From positions 3,410,001 to 3,474,000 of the forward strand of contig OX597820.1 of assembly GCA_951406725.2 (NCBI GenBank): DNA of 64,000 nucleotides, read 5' to 3'. The notes beneath the pieces were generated by a model. That model was not told the origin of the DNA. It was given only the letters and a program-made list of their open reading frames with translations, and did no database searches. Origin of the DNA: Octopus vulgaris. Its lineage: Eukaryota. A program made the translations under genes and the position numbers. This document shows positions 27,541-40,819 of the stretch, one piece after another. Position 1 is the stretch's first letter, and the number at the start of each line of letters is the position of its first letter.

Positions 27541-28080
27541 TTATTATTATTAGTAGTAGTACTAGTAGTAGTAGTAGTGTCGTTGTTGTTGTTGTTATTG
27601 TCGTTGTTGTTCGTGTTGTCTTCCTATGTTTATGGCTTAACAGGGCTTTGCAGTAAATGAAGATCAATTTACACGAGAGTGAAAAGAGCACCAGTTTTTG
27701 AGTGTGGCGAACAAACAGCTGAAAGTTGGGTGTCGTGAGCAGGCAGTGTGTGTGTGTGTGCGTGTGTGTGTGTGTGTGTGCGCGCGGGTGTGTGTGTGTT
27801 TGCTGCAAATATGCAAGTGAATGTATGTGTGTGTGTGTGTATGTGTGTGCCTCGATATTTGTCTCGGTGTGTGTATGTGTGTAAAAACACACGCACACAC
27901 ACAATACATGTGTAGTTTTAGATATAGTTTCAGATATATATTTATGTACGCACTAATCTGGTGCTCCAGCGTGACCGTAGCATGATGACTAAGTCAAACA
28001 AATGAGCGTATGTGTATGTGTGTGTATCAATGTGTATCTCTCTATATGTATGTATATATATATTATATATATATGTTTAA

Positions 28081-28115
<35 letters not shown>

Positions 28116-28776
28116 TATATACATATATACATACATATACACACACACGCACACACACATATTTATAAATATAAATATGTTTGTGTGTGTATGTGTGTGT
28201 ATGCATGTTTGCAGTAAGGAAAAATATGAAGCTTTTCGGATGAAATCGAGCGAAGGAGAGAGGAACATTTAAGAATTTGAAGTCGATGTAACGAGATGAA
28301 CGTAGAAACAAATTTTCTGAGGTTCGTATAGAAGTGTGTAATCATATTAAACGCAGAAATACTGTTTTCGAAGCACTCTATAAATTGTCTTCATTTCTAA
28401 ATGAAAACCAACTACTTCTTGGTAATTAATGTAAAGCAAAGATGGATCGAGTTTTTCTATAATGTATAAATTGTTGTTGGATTTGAGAAGTTTCCAAATG
28501 ATTTGTGAATTCGCTTGTATTGTCACAAATGACCCGTTTCATTGGTGTTAAACGACGATTAATATTCATATAGCTAACCTATAAAAACAAGATGTAGTTC
28601 CCCTGCTAAACTATTACTGGCAGAATGTTAACAACTCCTCAAAGACTTCTTCTCCATTGTGCGACACCTAGTTCTAAAATTAGAGTCTATTAAGCGATTC
28701 CTCCGAAGAGGGGAACCAAATAGAAAAAGAGAAAAAAGTGGTCGACCGAGAAGAGAAAGATTGAGAAGAGAAAACC

Positions 28777-28877
28777 ATGGAGATATTAGGCATCCTGTGG
28801 ATCGTTTATTACCAAATTTTCAACATTGGAATCGTTCATTCTCAGCCTCCTCTCAGACCGCAAAAAGATATTCAAAA
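28777..28877 (+). CDS. Candidate first coding exon of a secreted or membrane protein (signal peptide)
   Basis: Kozak-like AAAACCATGG; encodes MEILGILWIVYYQIFNIGIVHSQPPLRPQKDIQ; ends at a consensus donor AA|GTAAGT (phase 2); unique sequence. Confidence 0.55.
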
Positions 28878-28991
28878 GTAAGTTTTAAATCATTTCTAAA
28901 TTAATACATTTTAGATAAATATAAACAATTAATATGAATACTTTCTAAAATACTTAATTATTGGTGTTAATTTTCTTCCCTTCTCTCCCGC

Positions 28992-29057
<66 letters not shown>

Positions 29058-29220
29058 TTTCTTTCTTTCTTTCTTTCTTTCTCTCTCTCTCTCCTTCTCT
29101 TTCTCTTTATCTCTTTCTCTGTCTTTTTCGCTCCTCCCCTCCCTCGTTATACACAAACACATATGCATGTATTCGTACATGTATCTATACAAATATACAT
29201 ATATATTTCACACACACACA

Positions 29221-29267
<47 letters not shown>

Positions 29268-29350
29268 GCCCACTTCACAGAGACAGATACATATAGTTGT
29301 ATATACATCCATAGATGCATACACAAGAACATACGTAAACACATACAAAT

Positions 29351-29381
<31 letters not shown>

Positions 29382-29575
29382 GGTGCAGACAAACTGGCAG
29401 ATCGATCAATCGATCAATAGATTGATAGAGAGATAGACAAATACATGCATTGATTGGTTGATAGCTGACAGATCAATGCATATATGTGCAAACAGATCGA
29501 TTGACAGATCGCCGGACACACGAAGATATACCCGTATATTAGTTTATATGATAGACTGTATATATATATATATGT

Positions 29576-29637
<62 letters not shown>

Positions 29638-30475
29638 AGTTGAGTTGTGGGGTATCGCACGAGTGGGATTATATATGAAAAAAGGTTTGAAAATGCAATT
29701 TAAACGATGTTTATTTACTTAACCGGTTTCACTCTTTGTTAAAAAGATTGTCAAAAGTAACATTGAATATTATGGGTTCAAAAAAAGTTTTTTACATAAT
29801 TGTCACATTGAATATTATGAATTCAAAAATGTTTTTTTATACATAATTGTCACATTACATGTATAAATATAGTATAAAAAAGTTCAATAGTGTGATGAGA
29901 ATATTTGGAAAAATTGGCAGAAAAGAATAAAACAAATATATTATTGGAAATTTGGTTGCGTTAATTATTGGTTGTCGCAAATTGTCACATTACATGTATA
30001 TATATACAGTCTTTGGTAGAAATGACATGTTAAAGACATAAGGAAGTGTAATAGTTTGGTGAGAAAGCTTGTAATATTGACAGAGAAAATTAAAATGGAT
30101 ATTTTAGACATCTCAGAATATTTTGAATGGAAGGCGAGAATTTGTTTTTTACTGACCTGTTTGTTTTAGCAGAAAAGTTGAATTGAGAGAAAAAAGATAT
30201 GTACCCAATTTGGTTTATACTTCCCCTTCAAGCATCAGTGACTTTGGGGTTATTGGGAGGTGAGTATGCGGGTGTGAATAGATGTGTCCGTGTGCCTGCT
30301 GGTCAGACAGCGTCTGTTTGTCACACACATATATATACACACACACACACAACAACAATACACACACACACATAGTAAACACACACACACCACATACACA
30401 CAACACACACACACACAGAACACACACACACACAACGCACCCACATATATTATATAATATACACACATATATAAA

Positions 30476-30540
<65 letters not shown>

Positions 30541-31308
30541 TATATACATAATATAAATATCACACAAATACACCTAGCATATATATACACATACAATACA
30601 CATACACAGCATGTATATAATACACATACACAATATATGCATGCAATATACATACGCAATACATACATATAATATATATATATATAGACAATGCATATAC
30701 ATATATACATATATACATATAAATAGTGTTTACATACACATACATAGATATACCACATATACACACAATATACATACATACAATGCATACACATACACGT
30801 ACGCATACATATAAAATATATAGACACACACACACATAACATACATACACAATGCATACATATATATACACGCAACGTATATACATGTATTCATGTATAT
30901 ATAGCACACTTACAATATACATATATACAATGCACACATACACACATATATACACTTAATTGTACACATACATATACAATACACATACATACAATATACA
31001 TATACACAATGCGCATGCAAATAATGCACATGTTTATACACCCATATACATGAAAATATATATACACACACACATACACACACACATATATATATATATA
31101 TATACACATATACATACATACATACATGCACATACATATATTTTTTCACATACATACACACACATATATATATAAAATTCACACACACACACCACACACA
31201 CAAAATACAAACCTATAGTGTACACACTCAAATATATCTCTACATACCGCACACACACACAAACAATGTACTCACATATACACACATACCATGCATATAC
31301 ACACACAG

Positions 31309-31340
<32 letters not shown>

Positions 31341-31758
31341 AACAAATACACATGTAAATACATACACTCGTACACAATGCTCACACACACACACATACAC
31401 ACACACACGCACACAGTGCACACACACACACATATATACACACGTGCACACACACACACAACGCGCGCACACACACACACATACACACACGCACACAGTG
31501 CACACACACACACACACATAAACACACGCGCACACACACACACACAACGTGCACACTCACACACACACACACAACACTCACACACATACATAACCTACAT
31601 ATATATAATGCATGCGTGTGCGTGCCACGTATGTGTGCGGTCAATGCCCGCTAGTGTGTCCTATGCGTGCCGATGCGCGCATGTGCCCACCCGCACGATA
31701 TGCTGTGAGTGTGCGCGTGCCCCTGTGTGCCTGCTCTGGATGTGTGCCCAGGGGTATG

Positions 31759-33126
31759 TTAGAGTATGTTTAGTTGTGGTCTGTATTTTTGAATAAGATT
31801 ACTTTCCTTATTTATTCGTGTTTGGTCTGTGGTGTTGTCCGAGCATTGGTATAGTGGGAAGACTAAGAATTTGGGGGACTTATTGTGTGCACAAAGGTCT
31901 AAGTGTCCACTTAGTGGTATCTGTCTTGTGGAGGGGTCCCTCAGTTGTTGTCGGTGAACTGTCATTCTTTCTCTGAGGGTAAGGCTCGTTTGCCCTATGT
32001 AGTCTTCGTGGCATCCTTCACACCTTATGACGTAGAGTAAATTTTTTGATGCGCACGTGAAATTATTTTTTATGATGAATGTGTGTCCCGAGTGGAACTT
32101 GTACGACGATCCCTCAATGAGGTGGATGCAGGTCTTGCAATTGGGGCGACCACATTTTTTGATGGTGGGCGGTGGGTTTGTGTTGTGTAATTTTGCGTTG
32201 GTGAGGAGGTTTTTTAGGGATTTAGGTTGTCTCTTACTTTTTATTATTTTATGAGCTGCCAGTATTTTTTTCAGGCGTGGGTCTTGATTTAGTTGTGGAA
32301 TGTTGTTGTATATAATAGTGTAAGCTTCTGCATTCCTTGGGTTGTGTGTTGAGAGATAGGGGAGGCTATTTACTGAACTGTGGATGTGTTTGGGTTTTCG
32401 TAGGTCTTGAATGTTGATTGATTTGGCCCGTTCTATTCCGTTGTCTACTAGTGATGCCGGGTAATGTCTTTCGAGAAGAATTGCCCTTAGTTCCCGGAGT
32501 CTTCTATTTCGTGTTGTGTCATTTGAGACAATAGTGCAGATTCTTCTCGCTAGGTTGAAGGGGATATTTGTCTTTGTGTGTTTTGGGTGATTGGAGGTGA
32601 ATAGAAGGTATTGTTTAGAGTCAGTGGGTTTGTAATGGATGTCAGTTTCAATGTTGACGCCTTTTTTAATGATTAGGATGTCAAGAAAAGGGAGTTGGTC
32701 CTGACTATATTCCATTGTGAATTGAATGTTGTTATTAACACTGTTGATAAGGTTTTTGAAGTCTTTAAGTTGGTCGAGTGTGTGGGACCATAGGATGAGG
32801 CAATCATCTAAGTAGCGTTTCCAGTTCTCCAACAGGTATTTGTGGAAAGACTGGCCGTACTTATATTTGGATTTTTCATAGATATGTGATTCCAGGTAGG
32901 CCATCACCAGGTTTGCATAGGTAGGTGCAACTTTCGTACCCATTGCAGTTCCTGAGACCTGTCTGTAAGTGTTGTTGTGGAAATACATGAAGTTGTTTTG
33001 CAGAATAAATTTGAGGCCCTCAATTATGAATTCTTTTTTAATTCTTTCCGGGATCTCATTGGGATATTTATCCAGCCAGAATTTAATGGCTTCCAGTCCA
33101 TATTCATGTGGGATTGTGGTGTAAAG
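31759..33126 (-). CDS. Penelope-like RT (truncated in motif A) plus GIY-YIG endonuclease
   Basis: LYTTIPH, QVSGTAMGTKVAPTYANL, WKRYLDD, LPFLDI, YKPTDS..YL..S.HP, CGRPNCKTC linker, NLLYVIRC..C..DYIGQT; the first ~31 aa of the ORF-track protein come from the inverted repeat. Confidence 0.92.
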   Translation of the reverse strand, partial: LYTTIPHEYGLEAIKFWLDKYPNEIPERIKKEFIIEGLKFILQNNFMYFHNNTYRQVSGTAMGTKVAPTYANLVMAYLESHIYEKSKYKYGQSFHKYLLENWKRYLDDCLILWSHTLDQLKDFKNLINSVNNNIQFTMEYSQDQLPFLDILIIKKGVNIETDIHYKPTDSKQYLLFTSNHPKHTKTNIPFNLARRICTIVSNDTTRNRRLRELRAILLERHYPASLVDNGIERAKSINIQDLRKPKHIHSSVNSLPYLSTHNPRNAEAYTIIYNNIPQLNQDPRLKKILAAHKIIKSKRQPKSLKNLLTNAKLHNTNPPPTIKKCGRPNCKTCIHLIEGSSYKFHSGHTFIIKNNFTCASKNLLYVIRCEGCHEDYIGQTSLTLRERMTVHRQQLRDPSTRQIPLSGHLDLCAHNKSPKFLVFPLYQCSDNTTDQTRINKESNLIQKYRPQLNIL

Positions 33127-33658
33127 ACGGACACATCTATTCACACCCGCATACTCACCTCCCAATAACCCCAAAGTCACTGATGCTTGAAGGGGAAGTA
33201 TAAACCAAATTGGGTACATATCTTTTTTTCTCTCAATTCAACTTTTCTGCTAAAACAAACAGGTCAGTAAAAAACAAATTCTCGCCTTCCATTCAAAATA
33301 TTCTGAGATGTCTAAAATATCCATTTTAATTTTCTCTGTCAATATTACAAGCTTTCTCACCAAACTATTACACTTCCTTATGTCTTTAACATGTCATTTC
33401 TACCAAAGACTGTATATATATACATGTAATGTGACAATTTGCGACAACCAATAATTAACGCAACCAAATTTCCAATAATATATTTGTTTTATTCTTTTCT
33501 GCCAATTTTTCCAAATATTCTCATCACACTATTGAACTTTTTTATACTATATTTATACATGTAATGTGACAATTATGTATAAAAAAACATTTTTGAATTC
33601 ATAATATTCAATGTGACAATTATGTAAAAAACTTTTTTGAACCCATAATATTCAATGT

Positions 33659-33702
33659 TACTTTTGACAATCTTTTTAACAAAGAGTGAAACCGGTTAAG
33701 TA
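33659..33702 (+). ncRNA. Hammerhead-like motif (U3/A8 variant) in the PLE inverted repeat; mirror copy at ~29716-29759(-)
   Basis: TACTT-TTGACAA-TCTTT-TTAAC-AAAGAGT-GAAACCGGTT-AAGTA, followed by AATAAA. Confidence 0.55.
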
Positions 33703-33742
33703 AATAAACATCGTTTAAATTGCATTTTCAAACCTTTTTTCA

Positions 33743-33775
<33 letters not shown>

Positions 33776-33777
33776 AT

Positions 33778-34066
33778 ATCACCGTGACCGACCAGGTTAT
33801 CAGATGTTGCCACACATCGCTGGTCACAATGCGCTTTGCATTGTTTTAACCTCCAAAAGACGTCACCCCGCTGGCTAAGCGACCAGGCCAACAGAAGAAA
33901 GAGTGAGGGAAAGTTGTGGCGAAAGAGTACAGCAGGGATCACCACAACCCCCTGCCGGAGCCTCGCGAAGCTTTAGGTGTTTTCGCCCAGTAAACGCTCA
34001 CAATGCCCGGTCTGGGAATCGAAACCGCGATCCTACGACCGCGAGTCCGCTGCCCTAACCACTGGG
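33778..34066 (-). mobile_element. SINE C
   Basis: Same family as 4697-5005. Confidence 0.85.
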
Positions 34067-34170
34067 CATATATTGTGTGTGTGTGTGTATGTGAGTAGAT
34101 AGATTAGATAGACAGACAAATAGACAGACAGACAGACAGACAGATAGACAGATAGAGAGAGAGAGAGAGA

Positions 34171-34204
<34 letters not shown>

Positions 34205-34245
34205 TAGAGAGAGAGAGAGACAGATAGACAGATAGACAGACAGAC

Positions 34246-34352
<107 letters not shown>

Positions 34353-34627
34353 TAGATAGATAGATAGATAGGCATTACATTCATTAAAAAATAGTGTAGA
34401 AAAACCTTATTAAGCCTGGAAAGTGTGAAGTGCAGTGGGACCGGGTGTTTCTCAACCCTTCCAGTATATTACGTCTGACTTATTCAGTGTGAAAATACGC
34501 GCGCTCGGTGTGTGTGTGTGTGTGTGTGTGTGTGTACACTCTTGCAAACATGTGTGAATGAGTGTGTGTGTACATGCGTACACACAAACACCATTCACAC
34601 ATGTTTGCATGTGTATATATACACATG

Positions 34628-34784
34628 GCGCCGGTGTGGCTGTGTGGTAAATAGCTTGCTTACCAACAACATGCTTCCAGGTTCAGTCTCACTGCGTGGC
34701 ACCTTGCGCAAGTCTCTTCTACTATGGCCACGGGCCGACCAATGCCTTCTGGGTGGATTTTGTCGACGAAAACTGAACGAAGCT

Positions 34785-34840
<56 letters not shown>

Positions 34841-35040
34841 TCCTCTCCACTGTCGCTTGACAAGCGATGATGGTGTGTTTATGTCCTCGTAACTTAGCGT
34901 TTCGGCAAAACAGACCGATGGAATGAGTACTAGGCTTACAAAGAATAAGTCCTGGAGTTGATTTCTTCGACTAAGACCCTTTAAGGCGATGCTCTAGCAT
35001 GGCCGCACTGAAATGGCTGAAACACGTAAGAGAGTAAAAG
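34628..35040 (+). mobile_element. SINE B
   Basis: Head, core, internal (TG)n and tail all present. Confidence 0.85.
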
Positions 35041-35151
35041 AGTACATTCGTGTGTATATGTGTGTCTGTATAAATACTCTGTATCGTTGCGTATATGTTT
35101 GTAGGCATATGTCTATAGAAATATATATATACGTATATGTGCGTGGGCGAG

Positions 35152-35204
<53 letters not shown>

Positions 35205-35274
35205 AGCAAGAGAGAGGGGATAGACAAAAACAGAGAGAGAGAGAGAGAGTTAGCAAGAGAGAGGGGATAGACAA

Positions 35275-35346
<72 letters not shown>

Positions 35347-35648
35347 AAGAGCTAGACAGATACGAAAAGAAAATGAAAGGAAACTAAGCCGTCATCAGCT
35401 GTCATGCTAAGGATTTTGGCAGTTTTAACGCCTTGGTGTGTGCGCGTGTGTGTGCGCGTGCTCATCATGAAAATGCGGGCTCATGCACCGCAAGTAGCTT
35501 TTGATAATTTTCCCCTCCAAGGTTTTTTTTAACCCATTATTTTACTCGTTATGATTTATAGCTGTACCCACTTCTAGACTCACCTTTAAAATTACTTATC
35601 ACACACACACACATTGCATGTATACATACATGTTATAAATATACATGA

Positions 35649-35733
<85 letters not shown>

Positions 35734-36178
35734 TGGTAGTAGTTGCAGCAGTAGTGTCGTTGTTGTTGTTGTTATTGTCGTTGTTGTTCGTGTTGTCTTC
35801 CTATGTCTATAGCTTAACAGGGCTTTGCAGTAAATGAAGATCAATTTACACGAGAGTGAAAAGAACACGTGTATTCATGCTTGCATATACATACAGACAG
35901 ACAGACAGACAGATGCATAGATAGATACACACACACACATACATATTGCATATACACATACATACATGTCATGAATATACATGAATATTTATACATATAA
36001 GCATGCATGTATGCATGTATGCGTGCATGCATACATACGTACATACATATATGTGTGTGTGTATGTATAAATGTTTTTTTAATTTTCTCCTGTTTACGGA
36101 ATTGATCTTTATTTGCGGTAGAAGCTTTGGCTGTTATTTCTAGTGGGTGAATGGCCTATTATGGCCGTTCCTTAATTG

Positions 36179-36236
<58 letters not shown>

Positions 36237-36309
36237 CACACACACATATATATATATACGCTCACCAGGCAAGAAGCATACTGGGAACTCTTTTTGTTTC
36301 CTGACCCTT

Positions 36310-36905
36310 TCCCACTGCGTGGCCCCTTGGGCAAGTGGCCCCTTGGGCAAGTGGCCCCTTGGGCAAGTGGCCCCTTGGGCAAGTGGCCCCTACTATAGCC
36401 TCGGGCCGACTAAAACCTTGTCAGTGGAGCTGGCAGAAACGTTAGCACGCCGGGCGAAATGCTTAGCGGTATTTCGTCTGCCACTACGTTCTGAGTTCAA
36501 ATTCCGCCGGGATCGACTTTGCCTTTCATCCTTCCGGGGTCGATAAATTAAGTACCAGTTGCGCACTGGGGTCGATGTAATCGACTTGATACCTATGTCT
36601 GTCCTTGTTTGTCCCCTCTATGTTTAGCCCCTTGTCGGTAATACAGAAATAGGTATTTCGTTTGTCTTCACGTTCTGGGTTCAAATTCCGCCGAGGTCGA
36701 CTTTGCCTTTCGGGTTCGATAAATTAAATACCAGTTGCGTATATATATGCGACAAGCCTCTATATATGTATATGTGTGTCTGTGTTTGTACCCCACCCCA
36801 CCATTGCTTGACGACTGATGTTGGTATGTTTACGTCCCCGTAATTTAGCGGTTCGGCAAAAGAGCCCGATAGAATAAGTATGACTCCAGCATGGCCGAAA
36901 CAAAT
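36310..36905 (+). mobile_element. SINE B with a 16-bp tandem expansion, interrupted by SINE A (36426-36740)
   Basis: GTGGCCCCTTGGGCAA x4 at 36319-36390; family A motifs lie inside. Confidence 0.8.
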
Positions 36906-36968
36906 AAGAGAACAAAAGAATGACAGAATATGATACCGTACCAAGAATTCTCTCTTTATTATCCTACA

Positions 36969-37020
<52 letters not shown>

Positions 37021-37289
37021 GCGCAAACACCACGTTCGCCAAATCGAATAAATTAAGATGCCTTTAAGGAACCAGAGAGATCTAATGATTCCAACAGAGC
37101 CCTTCCCACCGAAGCGTGTCAAAACGTCACATCTCGCTCCCTTCCACCCCCCTTCTCTTTCTTCCCTTCATCCGCTTTGCTTTTCTTTCTCTCTTCCTTA
37201 TTTCGCGCCGGCAGAGAACGAAGCTGCTTTTCTCGGCTTTTTTTCTGCTTCGCTTATTTTACGCGCTTGCATCACCCATCACTCATCTC

Positions 37290-37622
37290 TTACTTGTTTA
37301 GACTGCGGCCATGCTGGGGCTCAGCCTTGAAGAATTTTCTGTCGAATGAATCGGTCCATCTACTTGTTGTTTTTGTTGTTGTTTTGTGTGTTTAAGCCTG
37401 GTACTTATTCTACGGGGTTCTTTTGCCGAATTGTTAACATACCATATAGGAGCAGGCGTGGCTGTGTGGTAAGTAGCTTGCTTACCAACCACATGGTTCC
37501 GGGTTCAGTCCTACTGCGTGGCATCTTGGGCAAGTGTCTTCTGCTATAGCCTCAGGCCGACTAAAGCCTTGTGAGTGGATTTGGTAGACGGAAACTGAAA
37601 GAAGCTTGTCGTGTATATGTAA

Positions 37623-37674
<52 letters not shown>

Positions 37675-37917
37675 CTGTGTTTGTCCCCCTAGCATTGCTT
37701 GACAACCGATGCTGGTGTGTTCGGCAAAAGAGACCGATAGAATAAGTACTAAGCTTACAAAGAATAAGTCATGTGGTCGATTTGCTCGACTAAAGGCGGT
37801 GCTCCAGCATGGCCGCAGTCAAATGGCTGAAACAAGTAAAAGAGTAAAAGAGTAAGAGATGCCAGCACTAGTTGCCAAGCGGTGGTGGGGAACAAACAAT
37901 GACACACACACACACAC

Positions 37918-37996
<79 letters not shown>

Positions 37997-38130
37997 GAGA
38001 GAGATACAAAGGGCTTCTTTCAGTTTCCGTCAACCAAATCCACTCATGGCTTTGGTCGGCCCGACACTATCATAGGAGACACATGCACAAGGTACCATGC
38101 AGTGGGACTGAACCCGGAACCACACAGCCA
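37290..38130. mobile_element. SINE B (37447-37855,+) nested in an opposite-strand SINE B
   Basis: Minus-strand 3' part at 37290-37435 and 5' part at 37858-38130 flank the plus-strand copy. Confidence 0.75.
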
Positions 38131-38316
38131 TGTTTCATATATACCAACAGACATATCCATATGTATATATATATATTTATATGACTGAGGACAGGAAGCT
38201 TCGAATGACCCGTCTTTGTTTTTTTTTTTTTTTGTATCGTCTGTCTGGATGTTTTGTTGTCCCTTTTTGTATCACCTAGTTGTCCGGGTGTTTTGCGTTC
38301 TTGTCCCATTTTGTAT

Positions 38317-38362
<46 letters not shown>

Positions 38363-38367
<5 letters not shown>

Positions 38368-38602
38368 CCTCGTCGTGAGCTTTCAATATGTGACCTCGTG
38401 AGTACCACTGGCGATTTTTTTTCCTCTGTCTTCCCTTCTCGGGATCTTCCCTTCTCCTATGTTTCCGACGAAGAGCTCCGCTCGAAACGTTAAACCCTCC
38501 TTCTTCCCTTCTTTCCTGAGCATCCAATAATACTATATTTGTTCCACGTCCTCGCGTTGTTGTGTTTTTTTGGGTTTTTGTGTTTTCTTGTTTGGATTAA
38601 CT
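38363..38602 (+). mobile_element. PLE pseudo-LTR fragment with hammerhead motif (38461-38495)
   Basis: GTTT-CCGACGA-AGAGC-TCC-GCTC-GAAACGTT-AAAC. Confidence 0.7.
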
Positions 38603-38784
38603 ATATATATATATATACTTACATACAAGACCAAAAAGGGCGTCGCTATATATATTATATGTAGAAAAATACAAACTGGGACAAGAACGCAAAACATTTA
38701 GAAGACGATACAAAAAACACGGACATTCGAAGCCTTCAATCTTCAGTCAAGAACCGGATCATCCTCGATATATATGTGTGTGCG

Positions 38785-38892
<108 letters not shown>

Positions 38893-39923
38893 TGTGTGTG
38901 AGTGTGTGTTTGTGTGTGTTTGTGTACGTGTTTGAGTGTGTATGTGTGTTTGTGTGTTTGTGTGTATGTTTGTGTGTGTGTTTGTGTGTGTGTCTTTATT
39001 TTTATGTTTGAGTTTGCTCCCCACCCCCACTGCTTGACAACCAGTATTGGTTTATTTATGTCCCTATTAAATAAAAATCACCGATAGAGTAAGTACAAGA
39101 CTTAAAAATAGACCCTGGGGTCGATTTTGTTTTACTTAACCCTTCAGGGCGGTGCCCCCTCGTGGGCTGCAGTCCAAAGATTGAAACAAATGAAAGATTA
39201 AGCGCGCGCGCGCACACGCACTTTGGTCAGTCCGAGAAAGAGAGCGATAGAGAGGAGGGAGAGAGAGAGATAGGAGGCGGAGAGAGAGAGATAGGAGGCG
39301 GAGAGAGCGAGAGAGAGATGATGACGATGATGACGATCATGATGATGATGATGGCGATGATTGAGTAGTGAAAAATGTTTGTTTTTTGTAAATTGAACTA
39401 AGTTTTTTTTTATATCACCAATCACTTAACGCATGTTAATTCCGGGAAATATTCACGCTTAATTACCTGACAGATGTATGCAGTTTAAGAAAAGGTTGCA
39501 TCGTACGTACGGGATACCTTTTTGTTTTTAATGGAAAAATGGAAAAAATGAGTGAAAGTTTATCTTATGAGCGCTGTGTATTAAGTCTATAAAATTGAGC
39601 CTAAAAAATATAATAATGTGTATATACAAAGTGCATTAAGTAACCATCGTGTTCCAATTTCTTCCCCTTTTCAATGAGTAGCAGACGACAGACTGTCTTT
39701 CCACACAGACACAACACAGGATAATCTTTCCGGTTTCTTGGATAAAGTTTTCAGAAATAACTCGATAGGTTTACCATTAATTCCGTGAAATATTCACGGT
39801 TCTGATATTTATTTATTAATTATAGTTTTTATTAAAAAATGCATATGAGAGGAAAGCTTTTAGTATGTTTTACTTGTACTTAAAAAAAAAATTGAGAAAA
39901 AAATTACTATTAATAAATAGTTT

Positions 39924-40234
39924 ATATTTTGTTGTGCCTGGGGAGGGTCATTCTCTTGTTGTGCCTTATTATTGAACACACGCACTGGTTAAGTTTCCAC
40001 TCATTTACTTATTTATTCTTTCTAAAGTTTTCGTTGCGTCTCGCAATCTTTTCAATAGTTCCTGACTGTCCGTTATCCGAGTACGGACAGAGTCAATGAC
40101 TATTGAAGAGGTTGCAAGACACAACGAAAATTTTAGCAAAAATAAAGAAGTAAATGAGGGGAAACCGAACCGGTGTGTGTGTTAAATAATAAGGCACAAC
40201 AAGAGAAAGACTCTCCACAGACAACGCAAAATAT
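39924..40234. repeat. Diverged ~310-bp palindrome carrying inverted hammerhead-like motifs
   Basis: Arms TTCTCTTGTTGTGCCTTATT / AATAAGGCACAACAAGAGAA; motif CTA-TTGAA(A/G)A-stem-GAAA-..TTTAG at 40022-40058(-) and 40100-40136(+). Confidence 0.75.
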
Positions 40235-40330
40235 GTTTCAACACACCAACTCACATAAAGAATCTTGCAAACCAAATCCAGAAACGAAATAATTTACGAG
40301 TATTTTAAAATAGGGAGTTACTTTACAATC

Positions 40331-40364
<34 letters not shown>

Positions 40365-40642
40365 GGCAAAGAAGTGACGACTGAAGTTAATGTTGGCTCG
40401 TTTTACTGCTTTCAAAGATTTTTCAAACAGTTCCAAAGTCTTTGAAACTAATAGAACTAATGCACACCTGTTGCTCTCACCTTTTTACCGTCATTATTAA
40501 TTTATTCCATCCAATTGGGCCGAATTCTATTCATAGTTTCTAATCTTCTCTCTTCCTGACGACTACTTTCAAACTATACATACATACACACGCATATAGA
40601 CTCACATACACACACACACATACTTACATACACATGTATGCC

Positions 40643-40706
<64 letters not shown>

Positions 40707-40819
40707 GCTCGCTCTGGGCGACATTGGGGCGACTGTACACAGCAGCTACCAGCCCACAATCGACGCTATAGCAATGGTGTCACTATCACAAACGGGTTCG
40801 GTTGGGTTGGGTTGGGTTG

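Larger units (their letters stand above)
29632..33748 (-). mobile_element. Young 5'-truncated Penelope-like element with inverted pseudo-LTR
   Basis: Inverted repeat 29670-30291 / 33127-33748; 3' tail 29632-29669; open RT-GIY-YIG frame; (TA)n on both flanks. Confidence 0.92.

Noticed and set aside
33127-33219. Hydrophobic N-terminus (MYPIWFILPLQ...) of the 486-aa PLE ORF
   Set aside because: Chance read-through from the inverted pseudo-LTR, not part of the RT.
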